63,461 nucleotides of DNA, filler included, from Folioceros fuciformis (GCA_049999805.1; 22 parts of 22 records of this genome joined end to end with filler, not necessarily neighbours in it), one strand, 5' to 3'. Positions 1 to 13,053 are shown, counted from the whole stretch's first letter. Translations and numbers: made by a program. The notes: generated by a model from the letters alone, not told the origin.

Positions 1-2955
1 GGTTCGATAAAACTCAGATGTTCTTCTGGTCAAATCCTTGTTCTTTCCAATGTTCTTCATGTACCAGCCATGTGTAAGAATTTAGTGTCAGCTACTTGTT
101 TATGCATAGAACATAACATACAAGTCATTTTAGATGCAGATAGTTGTGTTCTCACTTACTCTCCTAGTGAATCTCTCAATATCTGCACAGGCACAATAGA
201 GGACGGGTTATATAAACTTGCAGTCCAAGTAGAATCATCACATGATAGAGTTAATTTAGCTTCTCAGAACTCTATCACGTCCAACACTACTTTACTTGGC
301 ATTGTAGATTAGGACATCCTAATAGCCAAAAGCTTGTCCAAATGTCTAAGGGAAACCTTTATAGACACCCTTCCCTTCCAAAGATAGAACCATTATCATG
401 GTGTGAAGCTTGTGTCCTTACTAAAAGACATCAAGTCCCTTTCAAAAAAAATTCTCCTCAGCGGGCCAAGGTACCCTTAGAGTTGGTTCACACCGACATT
501 TGTGGCCCAATTTCTGCACCATCTTTCAGCGGCTGCAGATATTTTATTACTTTTATTGATGATTATTCCCGTTTTACCACAACATACATCCTCAAGCACA
601 AAAGTGAAGCTTTTCAATACTTCAAGGATTACATGATCTGGGCAGAACGACTTACAGAGAAGAAACTCAAAACCCTCCGTTCCGATAATGGAGGCGAGTT
701 TATCTCCAATGCTTTTACAGATTTTTGTCGAGCTCAAGGTATTGCTCAGCAATTCACGGTGGTTTATACCCCTCAGCAAAACGGCGTAGCAGAAAATAAG
801 AATCTACGTCTTCAAGAGATAACAGGTTGCTTGCTTTCCCAAGCCCGGTTAGTTAAACCATATTGGGCAGAAGCAATGATAACGGCAACATATCTTCTCA
901 ATCGACTGCCCACCTCAGCAGTTCGGGGTATGACACCTTATGAAGCATTCATTGGCAGAAAGCCTTCCATCGACCACCTTCGGGTTTTTGGCTGTACGGC
1001 ATATGTTTATATTCCTAAAGCACAGCGTAAGAAGTTCGATGATAAGGCTGCCAAGTACACCTTTATTGGTTATACAGAAGGTATTAAAGGATACAAGTTA
1101 TTTGATCCAGCTACAAGGAAACTCATTTATGCCCGCAGCGTTACTTTTCATGAGTCTCCACTCTTATCCCCAGTGGACTCCTACTCTTCTGTCTATGTTC
1201 CTGACGACAATACTGTACCCACATCTTTTGATGATGATGAGTTTATCAGCATTCAATCTTTTCCTTCCTCTCCTCCAGTTGAACCTATTGTGCAGGAGGA
1301 GGAGGAGCCATCTTCTCCGCGACGACCTACTACTCCAGATCCAGATCTGGAAATTCCTCAACACCTGGATGATATTTATGTGGTTCCGGATGATGAACTT
1401 CCCGAGCCTGACTATCCGGATATTGAGGAACTGGTTCCTTCATTACAAGAACCAGCACATGAAGATATTGTACACACAGAGAATCCAATCGTCGACGACG
1501 TAGAGCAACCTGCACCAAGGTACAACCTAAGGACCAGACCTGTTATTTCTGGCCCTGCAGGATGGAAGGAACCACCTTTAGGATACCTCACCACTTTTGA
1601 TGATCCCTCCTCACCTTTCTCCCATTTTTATCAATCTGTTTACAAAGCTACAGTTGATCCTGAAGAGCCACTGACCCTTAAACAAGCTTTCACTTCTCCC
1701 GAGAAGGACTTATGGAAAGCTGCAGTGGACTCTGAGTATGATTCCCTAGTTAAGAATTCTACATGGGAATTAGTTAAACCACCCAAAGGGAGAAAAATCG
1801 TAGGGAGTAAATGGGTCTTTAAAATTAAACGAAAGGGTGATGGTTCCATTGAGAGATATAAGGCAAGACTAGTAGCCAGAGGTTTTACCTAGATACCGGG
1901 TTTAGATTACATACCCTGGGCTACTTATGCTCCAGTAGCTAAGTTTGCCTCTCTCAGAATTATAATTGCCTTATCCGCTCAGCATGATTTGCATCTTCAT
2001 ATGATGGACGTTAAAACTGCTTACCTGCATGGACGCATTCAAGAAGAAACATATATGAAGCAACCTGAGGGATATGAAGTTAAAGGCAAAGAAAACATGG
2101 TATGCAAATTAATAAAAGGCATTTATGGCTTAAAGCAATCTGGCAAGGAATGGAACAATGTAATACATGATAAGCTGATTACATATGGTTTTGTTCAAAG
2201 TAAGGCTGATGCAAGCTTATATATATTGAAGACAAAACAAAATACAGTTTATCTATTACTTTATGTGGATGATTTATTTTTGGCATCATCCTCCCTTTCA
2301 CACCTAGCTGAGATTAAAGCTTGGTTAAGAAGTCATTATGAAATGACAGATTTGGGAGAACTTACCTATGCCTTAGGAGTTAATATTATTAGAGATAGAA
2401 ATGACAAATCTATCTCCCTAATTCAAACAAAATATATAAAAGAGAGTTTAGCCAAGTTTGGACTAGAAGACGCTAAACCCGCTGCCACACCTTTTCCTAG
2501 TGGCATCAAGCTCACTTTACAAATGAGCCCTAAGACTGAAGCTGAAAAAATCGAGATGTCAGCAGTACCATATAGACACGCTGTTGGTACATTAATCTAT
2601 TTGAGTAACTTCACAAGACCTGATATATCTTTTGAAGTTAGTGCGGTCTCACAATTTTTGGAGAATCCTGGCAAACAACATTGGCAATGCGTCAAGAGGA
2701 TTTTCAGGTATCTCAAAGGGACTATGCACACAGGGCTCAAATATAAACAAACATCAGGCATATCCAAGTTACAAATAAAGGCATATGCCGATGCTGACTA
2801 TGCTGGAGACCCAGATAGTCGAAAATCAGTATCAGGTTACGTCCTACTACTTGCAGGTGCTCCCATCTCATGGTCAAGTAAGAAACAACCTACTATTGCT
2901 TTGTCAAGTACCGAGTCAGAGTATAGAGTACTAACCTCAGTCTCGAAGGACATAG
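1..2955 (+). mobile_element. Ty1/copia element A, degenerate pol (GAG-pre-integrase, integrase, RT, start of RNase H)
   Basis: Motifs LVHTDICGP, LRSDNGGEF, YTPQQNGVAE, YKARLVARGF, MDVKTAYLHG, LYVDD, DADYAG and ISWSSKKQ occur in INT-RT-RH order. Frameshift near 297 (WHCRLGHP) and in-frame TAG at 1890. Confidence 0.97.
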
Positions 2956-3050
2956 TCGAAGGAAGACTTCCCAGACCCACTGAAAGATTTGAAGTACACC
3001 TTTGAACGTCCTGGGACGTCAGGGACGAGAAGGCACAAGACCTTATCATC

Positions 3051-3150
3051 NNNNNNNNNNNNNNNNNNNNNNNNNNNNNNNNNNNNNNNNNNNNTTAATT
3101 AATTAANNNNNNNNNNNNNNNNNNNNNNNNNNNNNNNNNNNNNNNNNNNN
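3051..3150. other. Artificial contig spacer N44-TTAATTAATTAA-N44 (first of 21 identical spacers)
   Basis: The same 100-nt unit, with a six-frame-stop core, separates every contig. Confidence 0.98.
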
Positions 3151-3159
3151 GTCCGAGCC

Positions 3160-4767
3160 ATGGTGGCAGCCAGTGTGGATCCCTTGGAACCTGTCACCCT
3201 CACACAAGCATTCACAAGATCAGAATCAAAGCAGTGGAAGAAGGCCGTGGATGATGAATATGCTTCCATCATGAAAAATGGTACCTGGTCACTTGTGGAA
3301 CTACCGAGAGATAGGAAACCCATTTCCTGCAAATGGGTCTTCAAACTGAAAAAGAAGGCTGATGGTAGTATAGAACGCTACAAGGCACGACTTGTCGCTC
3401 GTGGCTTTTCTCAAGTACCAGGTGTAGACTTCAATGAGACATTTGCTCCAGTTGTCAAATTCACAACTTTGAGGATGGTGCTTGCACTGGCAGCCCACCT
3501 GGATTTGGACCTCGAGCAAATGGACGTAAAGACGGCTTTTCTGCATGGTGAGTTGCAAGAAGAAATCTACATGCAACAGCCGGAGGGTTATGTGCAACCA
3601 GGCAAAGATCACCTAGTTTGTAAATTAAACAAGACCCTGTACGGACTCAAGCAGAGTCCAAGAGCATGGAACCATCGAATTGACGCGTACCTGAAGAAGC
3701 TAGGCTTCAAGCAAGGGACGGCTGATCATGGACTGTACATGTTGAGAGAAGGAGAGAGCTTTCTGATCTTACTGCTATACGTAGATGATCTTGTCTTGGC
3801 CGCCACCAAGGGAAAGAGCAGCTTGATGAGCAAAGTGAAAGCACTTCTAAAGCGTGAGTTCGAGATGACTGAGCTGGGAGAGCTCACGTGGTGTTTAGGC
3901 ATAGAGATTGCAAGGGACAGAGCAGCCAGGAGACTGTCAATTTGCCAGAAAAAGTACATTAGAGAAGGTCTGAAGCGTTTCAATCTGGCTGAGGCAAATG
4001 GGTGTGCAACACCTCTGGCAATGGGACTGAAGCTGACAATGGTACAGGAACCTTTAATACCTGAAGATTCTGCAGAGATGGCCAAGATTCCATATAGGCA
4101 TGCTGTAGGCACTCTCATATATCTGGCAAACGTGACAAGGCCGGATATTGCATATGCTGTCAGTCTTAAGTCACAGTTTCTTGAAAATCCATGCCCTGAG
4201 CACTGGAGCCAAGTCAAACGCACGTTCAGATACCTCAAGAACACATCTACTGAAGGGATTGTTTATTCAGGCACAGAAGGAAAGAACCTGATTCTTGAAG
4301 GATTCGGCGACTCAGACTGGGCCTCTGACCTGAACAATCGGAAGTCACTGTCAGCATACGTACTGATGCTAGCTGGAGGACCAATTTCTTGGTCGAGCAA
4401 GAAACAGGGAACAGTTTCCACATCAAGCACTGAGGCTGAGTACAAAGCATTGACGGTTGTAGCAAAGGAAGTAATCTGGGTAAGAAGGAACTTATCTGAC
4501 GTTGAGGTCGTCCAAAAAGATGCAACAGTGGTGTACTGTGATAATCAAGGCGCCATAGCGCTTACAAAGAACCCGGTATTCCACTCAAAGACGAAGCACA
4601 TAGAAATCCATCACCACTTTATAAGAGAAGTGGTGGCGGATGGACAAATAACTGTGACCTACATCTCAACAGTAGAGAACCCAGCCGATCTACTCACAAA
4701 GGCCCTGTCTAAAGAGCTGCATATCAAACATGCAAGAAGACTAGGCCTGACTGCCTGCAATCCCTGA
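3160..4767 (+). CDS. Ty1/copia RT-RNase H, open to its stop (probably family B)
   Basis: 535-aa ORF with MDVKTAFLHG, LLYVDD, DSDWA, YCDNQGAI, KHIEIHHHFIRE and ADLLTKAL. Confidence 0.96.
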   Translation: MVAASVDPLEPVTLTQAFTRSESKQWKKAVDDEYASIMKNGTWSLVELPRDRKPISCKWVFKLKKKADGSIERYKARLVARGFSQVPGVDFNETFAPVVKFTTLRMVLALAAHLDLDLEQMDVKTAFLHGELQEEIYMQQPEGYVQPGKDHLVCKLNKTLYGLKQSPRAWNHRIDAYLKKLGFKQGTADHGLYMLREGESFLILLLYVDDLVLAATKGKSSLMSKVKALLKREFEMTELGELTWCLGIEIARDRAARRLSICQKKYIREGLKRFNLAEANGCATPLAMGLKLTMVQEPLIPEDSAEMAKIPYRHAVGTLIYLANVTRPDIAYAVSLKSQFLENPCPEHWSQVKRTFRYLKNTSTEGIVYSGTEGKNLILEGFGDSDWASDLNNRKSLSAYVLMLAGGPISWSSKKQGTVSTSSTEAEYKALTVVAKEVIWVRRNLSDVEVVQKDATVVYCDNQGAIALTKNPVFHSKTKHIEIHHHFIREVVADGQITVTYISTVENPADLLTKALSKELHIKHARRLGLTACNP

Positions 4768-5111
4768 ACAAAGAAAGACTACGAGCTGCTGGATACTAGT
4801 CACTGAGCGGAGCCAAATTGTTGCCCTTGCAGTCCAGAACGCATCCATGCGGAGTACCTGTAGGCAAGAGGTGGTGCTGGGCCAAGCTTAACAGCTGTGA
4901 AGTCGAGAATGAAAGAGTGGCCTCAGCCCTAATTGTCTTAAAGAGCAGCGCAGCAGTGGCCGAGTGCGGCGGCGGACAGTCCAATTGCAGTGCAGCATCC
5001 ATAACCCTAAACTCGGAGGTAAGCAGATCAAGTTTCACAAGAATGGAGCAGCCGCCGGAGTAAAGACACAAGCCGGAGCGTAATTGCCATGTTCAAATTA
5101 GGGCTAAGCTC

Positions 5112-5165
5112 AAGTGGGGGTGTTGGATGAGGATTCGCTTACCCTTTAAATAATAATTGTATTAA
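5112..5165 (+). mobile_element. Polypurine tract (5112-5120) and start of the 3' LTR (TG at 5121)
   Basis: AAGTGGGGG directly followed by TGTTGG, about 350 nt after the RNase H stop. Confidence 0.8.
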
Positions 5166-5265
5166 NNNNNNNNNNNNNNNNNNNNNNNNNNNNNNNNNNN
5201 NNNNNNNNNTTAATTAATTAANNNNNNNNNNNNNNNNNNNNNNNNNNNNNNNNNNNNNNNNNNNN

Positions 5266-7107
5266 CGCTAACATTCAACGGAGTGGTTAGTGCGATGCTG
5301 CAGGAAGAAGCCACACGGCTGTCTTCACGCTCTGCAAAACAGCATTCACAGGGTCAGCAAGCCCTCTATGCAGGCAGAGGCAAACCATTTAAGAGAGGTC
5401 GAGGTAGCTGGAGTGCTAACCGTGGTGGTAGGACAGCTCCTAGTGGACCTGGTCAGAGTTCAGGCAGCCAGAAAAGGAGTGGAAACTGCAATTGGTGTGG
5501 CATTCCAGGCCACTGGGCACGGGACTGTCGCAAGAGAAAAGCCGGTGAGCCTAAAAAGGAAGGTGCAGGAGGTACGGGCTCTCCTGAGGCACACAATGTG
5601 CAGACACCGAAGAAGAAGCAGGCACAAGTCATTTTGACTGTATGCCTTACCACCTCTGGTTCCCGTACACCAGCGTGGTTTATTGATTCAGGAGCCTCTG
5701 CGCACATCTGCCACAACAGAGCTTCATTTAGCGAGTATAAACCATATATGGAAGCACAGTCTGTGCTGTTAGGTGATGAACGCACTCTACCTATTCTTGG
5801 GGTGGGAAGAGTGGTTTTACCTTTACATAATGGAGGGAGCCTGGAATTAAATGAAGTCCTTCATGTACCTGCCATCACCAAAAACCTGCTGTCAGTCAGG
5901 CAGCTTACAGCAGATAGAGCACTGCAAGTTTCTTTCCGCGAGGACAAGTGCACGATAGTGAGAAGTGTGGCACCAGGTGTGGCCATTGCTGAAGCATTTC
6001 CAGTAAATGATATCTATCAATTAAGTCTTCCTGGTAGCAAACTACCTATCTTGAATCTTGCTGGCCTGGGAGGCAGTAGTACTTCGCAGGAGGTAGCCAC
6101 TGTTTGGCACTTGCGGTGTGGTCATCCCCATGGAAAGAAGTTGCAGGCTATGGCCAACAGCACCTTGTACTCTGACGGGATTCCAGATCAAGTGGGGGAC
6201 CTGCCACTTTGCGAAGCATGTGTTTATGCAAAACACCACGAATTTGCATTTGACAAGTCAGGAGCTCACCGGGCTGCAGCACCTTTGGATTTGGTGCACT
6301 CAGATATTTGTGGTCCTATTTCTGTTCCAAGCATCGGTGGTGGTTCCTACTTTATGACCTTCATTGATGATGCCACCNNNNNNNNNNNNNNNNNNNNNNN
6401 NNNNNNNNNNNNNNNNNNNNNNNNNNNNNNNNNNNNNNNNNNNNNNNNNNNNNNNNNNNNNNNNNNNNNNNNNNNNNTACCTATCTTGAATCTTGCTGGC
6501 CTGGGAGGCAGTAGTACTTCGCAGGAGGTAGCCACTGTTTGGCACTTGCGGTGTGGTCATCCCCATGGAAAGAAGTTGCAGGCTATGGCCAACAGCACCT
6601 TGTACTCTGACGGGATTCCAGATCAAGTGGGGGACCTGCCACTTTGCAAAGCATGTGTTTATGCGAAACACCACGAATTTTCATTTGACAAGTCAGGAGC
6701 TCACCGGGCTGCAGCACCTTTGGATTTGGTGCACTCAGATATTCGTGGTCCTATTTCTGTTCCAAGCATCGGTGGTGGTTCCTACTTTATGACCTTCATT
6801 GATGATGCCACCCGCTATTGCATGCTGTATATACTGAAGCACAAGAGTGAGGCCCTGGAAACATTCAAGGAATATCAACTTCTGGTGGAACGCCAGCATG
6901 GACGGTCGTTAAAATGCCTGCGATCCGACAATGGTGGGGAATATACCTCACACGCCTTTGATGAGTATTGTCGGGGTCTTGGCATTCAACGCCAGCTCAC
7001 TGTTCCATACACAGCTCAGCTAAATGGAGTCGCTGAAAAGAAAAATCAGCTGCTGCAGGAAACTGCCAGAGCCCTCCTGAAACAAGCACGGCTGCCACGT
7101 TCTTACT
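5266..7107 (+). mobile_element. Ty1/copia family B copy 1 (gag zinc knuckle, protease, integrase)
   Basis: CNWCGIPGHWARDC knuckle, WFIDSGAS, WHLRCGH and LVHSDICGP. Near-identical to 7208-9633 and 10786-13053. Confidence 0.96.
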
Positions 7108-7207
7108 NNNNNNNNNNNNNNNNNNNNNNNNNNNNNNNNNNNNNNNNNNNNTTAATTAATTAANNNNNNNNNNNNNNNNNNNNNNNNNNNNNNNNNNNNN
7201 NNNNNNN

Positions 7208-9633
7208 CTCCCATGACATGGCGGCGTCCATGTCAGCCTCTGTGAAATATCACAGCTTGCGAATGGTGGAAGGGGAGACAGTTGAACACTACATAGCAAG
7301 ATTTAGGATTGCCCGTGCAAAACTAAGTTCAACGGGAACGAAGATCACAGACTATGAAGCAGCCTGTAGATTATTGAGTTCCTTACCACCAAGTTATGGC
7401 CCCTTCGTCACTAGTCAACAGGCCATGGCGAAGGTGGAGGACAGGATAGCCAAGGCCTTGAAATTGGACGCAGAATCGCTAACATTCAACGGAGTGGTTA
7501 GTGCGATGCTGCAGGAAGAAGCCACACGGCTGTCTTCACGCTCTGCAAAACAGCATTCACAGGGTCAGCAAGCCCTCTATGCAGGCAGAGGCAAACCATT
7601 TAAGAGAGGTCGAGGTAGCTGGAGTGCTAACCGTGGTGGTAGGACAGCTCCTAGTGGACCTGGTCAGAGTTCAGGCAGCCAGAAAAGGAGTGGAAACTGC
7701 AATTGGTGTGGCATTCCAGGCCACTGGGCACGGGACTGTCGCAAGAGAAAAGCCGGTGAGCCTAAAAAGGAAGGTGCAGGAGGTACGGGCTCTCCTGAGG
7801 CACACAATGTGCAGACACCGAAGAAGAAGCAGGCACAAGTCATTTTGACTGTATGCCTTACCACCTCTGGTTCCCGTACACCAGCGTGGTTTATTGATTC
7901 AAGAGCCTTTGCGCACATCTGCCACAACAGAGCTTCATTTAGCGAGTATAAACCATATATGGAAGCACAGTCTGTGCTGTTAGGTGATGAACGCACTCTA
8001 CCTATTCTTGGGGTGGGAAGAGTGGTTTTACCTTTACATAATGGAGGGAGCCTGGAATTAAATGAAGTCCTTCATGTACCTGCCATCACCAAAAACCTGC
8101 TGTCAGTCAGGCAGCTTACAACAGATAGAGCACTGCAAGTTTCTTTCCGCGAGGACAAGTGCACGATAGTGAGAAGTGTGGCACCAGGTGTGGCCATTGC
8201 TGAAGCATTTCCAGTAAATGATATCTATCAATTAAGTCTTCCTGGTAGCAAATTACCTATCTTGAATCTTGCTGGCCTGGGAGGCAGTAGTACTTCGCAG
8301 GAGGTAGCCACTGTTTGGCACTTGCGGTGTGGTCATCCCCATGGAAAGAAGTTGCAGGCTATAGCCAACAGCACCTTGTACTCTGACGGGATTCCAGATC
8401 AAGTGGGGGACCTGCCACTTTGCGAAGCATGTGTTTATGCGAAACACCACGAATTTGCATTTGACAAGTCAGGAGCTCACCGGGCTGCAGCACCTTTGGA
8501 TTTGGTGCACTCAGATATTTGTGGTCCTATTTCTGTTCCAAGCATCGGTGGTGGTTCCTACTTTATGACCTTCATTGATGATGCCACCCGCTATTGCATG
8601 CTGTATATACTGAAGCACAAGAGTGAGGCCCTGGAAACATTCAAGGAATATCAACTTCTGGTGGAACGCCAGCATGGACGGTCGTTAAAATGCCTGCGAT
8701 CCGACAATGGTGGGGAATATACCTCACACGCCTTTGATGAGTATTGTCGGGGTCTTGGCATTCAACGCCAGCTCACTGTTCCATACACAGCTCAGCTAAA
8801 TGGAGTCGCTGAAATGAAAAATCAGCTACTGCAGGAAACTGCCAGAGCCCTCCTGAAACAAGCACGGTTGCCACGTTCTTACTGGGGTGAAGCAGTAAAT
8901 ACAGCAAATTACTTACTGAACCGGCTGCCTACAAGGGTCTTACCNNNNNNNNNNNNNNNNNNNNNNNNNNNNNNNNNNNNNNNNNNNNNNNNNNNNNNNN
9001 NNNNNNNNNNNNNNNNNNNNNNNNNNNNNNNNNNNNNNNNNNNNAAGCTGTATGACCCTGTTACAAGAGTTGTGAGTCATGCCAGAAGTGTTGTTTTTGA
9101 TGAACGCAGTTTGCTGCAAGCATCGCGCCCCGTGGTTTCTGGACCTGGACTTGCTAGTGCACTGATGCACGATGATACAGAGGTTGAGGACGATGATGCC
9201 TTACAGTCTGCATACAGTCAAGGAAGATGTCAGGATGCTGTGGTCTCTCATGTTGACCAGACTGGTGATCCAGAAGAGGACACGTCTGAAGAGAATGCAG
9301 AAACTGAAGGTCTCTCGACAGAGGACGAAGTAAATGAAGAGGATGTACCTGAACAGGCTGACGTGGACGTCTTGGATCAGGAACCTCCAGATGTGCACAA
9401 CCCAGTATCAGAACAACTGCCTCATCGGTATAGTCTGAGAGATCGAAGTAGGCCCTAGAAGGAGCCTCGGCTTGAGATGGAGGACTGGCGACCAAATAAG
9501 TCCAAGTCACGATCCCATGCTACAAGGAGTGAACCAGTTACTGCTGCAGACACATCAGTGGGGGCACAAGCTGCAGAGGGGTCATCATCTGGAGCTGCAG
9601 AAATGCATGGCGAAGCACAACCCTCGAGTGCAT
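7208..9633 (+). mobile_element. Ty1/copia family B copy 2 (gag-protease-integrase-linker), defective
   Basis: 746-aa ORF. Protease DSG has become DSR. TAG at 9456, after which the same frame continues. Confidence 0.95.
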
Positions 9634-9733
9634 NNNNNNNNNNNNNNNNNNNNNNNNNNNNNNNNNNNNNNNNNNNNTTAATTAATTAANNNNNNNNNNN
9701 NNNNNNNNNNNNNNNNNNNNNNNNNNNNNNNNN

Positions 9734-9793
9734 TAGCGCGCGTGCGCCTACTACAATCTACTTGCTGTTCATAAACGACATGGTATCAGAGCC
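9734..9793 (+). mobile_element. End of 5' LTR (...GACA at 9780) and tRNA-iMet primer-binding site
   Basis: TGGTATCAGAGCC at 9781-9793, the canonical iMet PBS, directly after CA. Confidence 0.92.
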
Positions 9794-10167
9794 TGGTTCA
9801 GGCGTTGAAACAATCTACCCGCTTTCTATCAAGTAGCACAAATCTCTGGAGGACAGAATGCAAATAGATTGTTTCAACACCCTGCACAAACAACCGAAGT
9901 AAGATGGATTCCCCTGCTGCCAAGTGTGGCTGGTTGCTCTACCTTGCGAAGTTTGTGGGACCAGAGCTCGAGCCGCTGGTCTACAAGCTGGTCGCCCAGA
10001 CAGCCAGTCGTGCGGAGGCGCAGGAGAGACGCAAATGCCTGAAATTGCACAAGAAAGTTGTTAAAATTCAAGTACGTCGATCTTGGAACAAATAGGAAGA
10101 TTCATTCCAGAGCATACCTTCCAGGGAGCTCTGGGCGCTGCTAGTAGAGCGGCGTTGAGGCGCGCAT

Positions 10168-10782
10168 TTGGCTTGCGGGTGTACAGTTGGTGGCGTGCAG
10201 CAAGGATGGTCCAAGATCTCTCGGAGGGAGAACTGTCAGAACCTTAGCATGGCACACCGTCACCGTGGTCACAGAGGGAACTCAAGACGAGTCTTCCAGC
10301 CTGTACCACCCTACGAAGTGTCAAACCTGCCTGTTGGGAGAGGCAGACACACAGAGACACGTACCCATAGAGATAGAATCCCAAACCTGCACATTCCGAA
10401 CCCGAGCATTCATCAGTATCGAAGGGTCGTGCTCCAACGCCACCAAGGACCAGAATCTGTGCACCCTAAGCCAGTCACAAGAGATAGCGAGGAGACACTC
10501 ACCGTTGCTATACAGCACCTTACACAAAGGCTTGACAATATAAACAGCACTGCACTTTGTCGCACACAGCATATCCTTACCACGTTAGACAGTCTCACAG
10601 ATCGGATAACTCAATTTGAAGATCACCTGCAACAAACAGATGTCAAATTATTTATCTTGTTAAATCCACAGTTGCAGGAAAGTGACAGACTTACCCGTTC
10701 AATTGTCTCAGTTTATAGACGGGCAAAGTGTGCTGTGTGCCAGTCCAGGCCAGTGGAGTCCACCAATGCTGGTAGCTGCTGA
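10168..10782 (+). CDS. Extra ORF in the copia B leader (first ATG near 10249): basic N-terminus, coiled-coil-like segment, CxxC
   Basis: 204 open codons between the PBS and gag, in the gag-pol frame. No recognised family. Confidence 0.45.
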   Translation: MACGCTVGGVQQGWSKISRRENCQNLSMAHRHRGHRGNSRRVFQPVPPYEVSNLPVGRGRHTETRTHRDRIPNLHIPNPSIHQYRRVVLQRHQGPESVHPKPVTRDSEETLTVAIQHLTQRLDNINSTALCRTQHILTTLDSLTDRITQFEDHLQQTDVKLFILLNPQLQESDRLTRSIVSVYRRAKCAVCQSRPVESTNAGSC

Positions 10783-10785
10783 TTC

Positions 10786-13053
10786 ATGAGTGGACCAGGA
10801 TCATATACCACTCCAGAATGGCTGAAGAACTTAGCCCAAGAAGTTGGGCTGATTGACTTTGATGATTTTGAGGAAGCAGTGGTCGCAGAGGAAGAGGTTG
10901 CAGATGGTGACTCTGGACGCGCATCTGTAAACACAAACCAAGAACACGAAGATTATTCTTGGTTTTGGAAAGCTAACAGAATGGATGAAGATGATAAAGC
11001 ACGAGATAACATGATGAATGCGTTACAGTCACTGACCAGCGGCGGGTTCAAGGAAAAGGACCGACTGGTCACAGGGGCTGAGTACGATATCTGGGTCATG
11101 AGGATGCAAGGCGCATTAGAGGAGAAAAATCTGTGGGAACTTGTGACTGGGGACGTACCCAAACCAGCAGAGGATTCAGCAGACTTAGCTGTTTGGAAGC
11201 TGGATGACATTCGAGCAAGGAACCTGATAAGGTCAGGTCTTGCTCCAGAGATGATGCGTCAGGCATCAGATGGACCAGGTGACTCAGCACGTGACATGTG
11301 GAACCATCTTGCTATGATGTTTGCCTCCCATGACATGGCGGCGTCCATGTCAGCCTCTGTGAAATATCACAGCTTGCGAATGGCGGAAGGGGAGACAGTT
11401 GAACACTACATAGCAAGATTTAGGATTGCCCGTGCAAAACTAAGTTCAACAGGAACGAAGATCACAGACTACGAAGCAGCCTGTAGATTATTGAGTTCCT
11501 TACCACCAAGTTATGGCCCCTTCGTCACTGGTCAACAGGCCATGGCGAAGGTGGAGGACAGGATAGCCAAGGCCTTGAAATTGGACGCAGAACCGCTAAC
11601 ATTCAACGGAGTGGTTAGTGCGATGCTGCAGGAAGAAGCCACACGGCTGTCTTCACGCTCTGCAAAACAGCATTCACAGGGTCAGCAAGCCCTCTATGCA
11701 GGCAGAGGCAAACCATTTAAGAGAGGTCGAGGTAGCTGGAGTGCTAACCGTGGTGGTAGGACAGCTCCTAGTGGACCTGGTCAGAGTTCAGGCAGCCAGA
11801 AAAGGAGTGGAAACTGCAATTGGTGTGGCATTCCAGGCCACTGGGCACGGGACTGTCGCAAGAGAAAAGCCGGTGAGCCTAAAAAGGAAGGTGCAGGAGG
11901 TACGGGCTCTCCTGAGGCACACAATGTGCAGACACCGAAGAAGAAGCAGGCACAAGCCATTTTGACTGTATGCCTTACCACCTCTGGTTCCCGTACACCA
12001 GCGTGGTTTATTGATTCAGGAGCCTCTGCGCACATCTGCCACAACAGAGCTTCATTTAGCGAGTATAAACCATATATGGAAGCACAGTCTGTGCTGTTAG
12101 GTGATGAACGCACTCTACCTATTTTTGGGGTGGGAAGAGTGGTTTTACCTTTAGCTAATGGAGGGAGCCTGGAATTAAATGAAGTCCTTCATGTACCTGC
12201 CATCACCAAAAACCTGCTGTCAGTCAGGCAGCTTACAGCAGATAGAGCACTGCAAGTTTCTTTCCGCGAGGACAAGTGCACGATAGTGAGAAGTGTGGCA
12301 CCAGGTGTGGCCATTGCTGAAGCATTTCCAGTAAATGATATCTATCAATTAAGTCTTCCTGGTAGCAAATTACCTATCTTGAATCTTGCTGGCCTGGGAG
12401 GCAGTAGTACTTCGCAGGAGGTAGCCACTGTTTGGCACTTGCGGTGTGGTCATCCCCATGGAAAGAAGTTGCAGGCTATGGCCAACAGCACCTTGTACTC
12501 TGACGGGATTCCAGATCAAGTGAGGGACCTGCCACTTTGCGAAGCATGTGTTTATGCGAAACACCACGAATTTGCATTTGACAAGTCAGGAGCTCACCGG
12601 GCTGCAGCACCTTTGGATTTGGTGCACTCAGATATTTGTGGTCCTATTTCTGTTCCAAGCATCGGTGGTGGTTCCTACTTTATGACCTTCATTGATGATG
12701 CCACCCGCTATTGCATGCTGTATATACTGAAGCACAAGAGTGAGGCCCTGGAAACATTCAAGGAATATCAACTTCTGGTGGAACGCCAGCATGGACGGTC
12801 GTTAAAATGCCTGCGATCCGACAATGGTGGGGAATATACCTCACACGCCTTTGATGAGTATTGTCGGGGTCTTGGCATTCAACGCCAGCTCACTGTTCCA
12901 TACACAGCTCAGTTAAATGGAGTCGCTGAAAAGAAAAATCAGCTGCTGCAGGAAACTGCCAGAGCCCTCCTGAAACAAGCACGGCTGCCACGTTCTTACT
13001 GGGGTGAAGCAGTAAATACAGCAAATTACTTACTGAACCGGCTGCCTACAAGG
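10786..13053 (+). CDS. Ty1/copia family B copy 3 gag-pol, open up to the contig end
   Basis: Gag motif EYDIWVMRM..LEEKNLWELV, zinc knuckle, DSGAS protease and integrase core. Confidence 0.96.

Noticed and set aside
3095-3106. Regularly recurring TTAATTAATTAA as a biological repeat or CRISPR
   Set aside because: It is always centred in N44 runs, so it is an artificial linker. ORFs ending in X..LIN are artefacts of it.
4796-5071. Antisense 91-aa ORF in the 3' region of the RT-RNase H contig
   Set aside because: No in-frame ATG or clear splice partner, and the length is within chance range. Worth rechecking only if the antisense-gene pattern holds.
6042-6816. Tandem duplication of the GAG-pre-integrase/integrase start
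   Set aside because: The two copies flank an N100 scaffold gap; most likely overlapping contig ends from different element copies.
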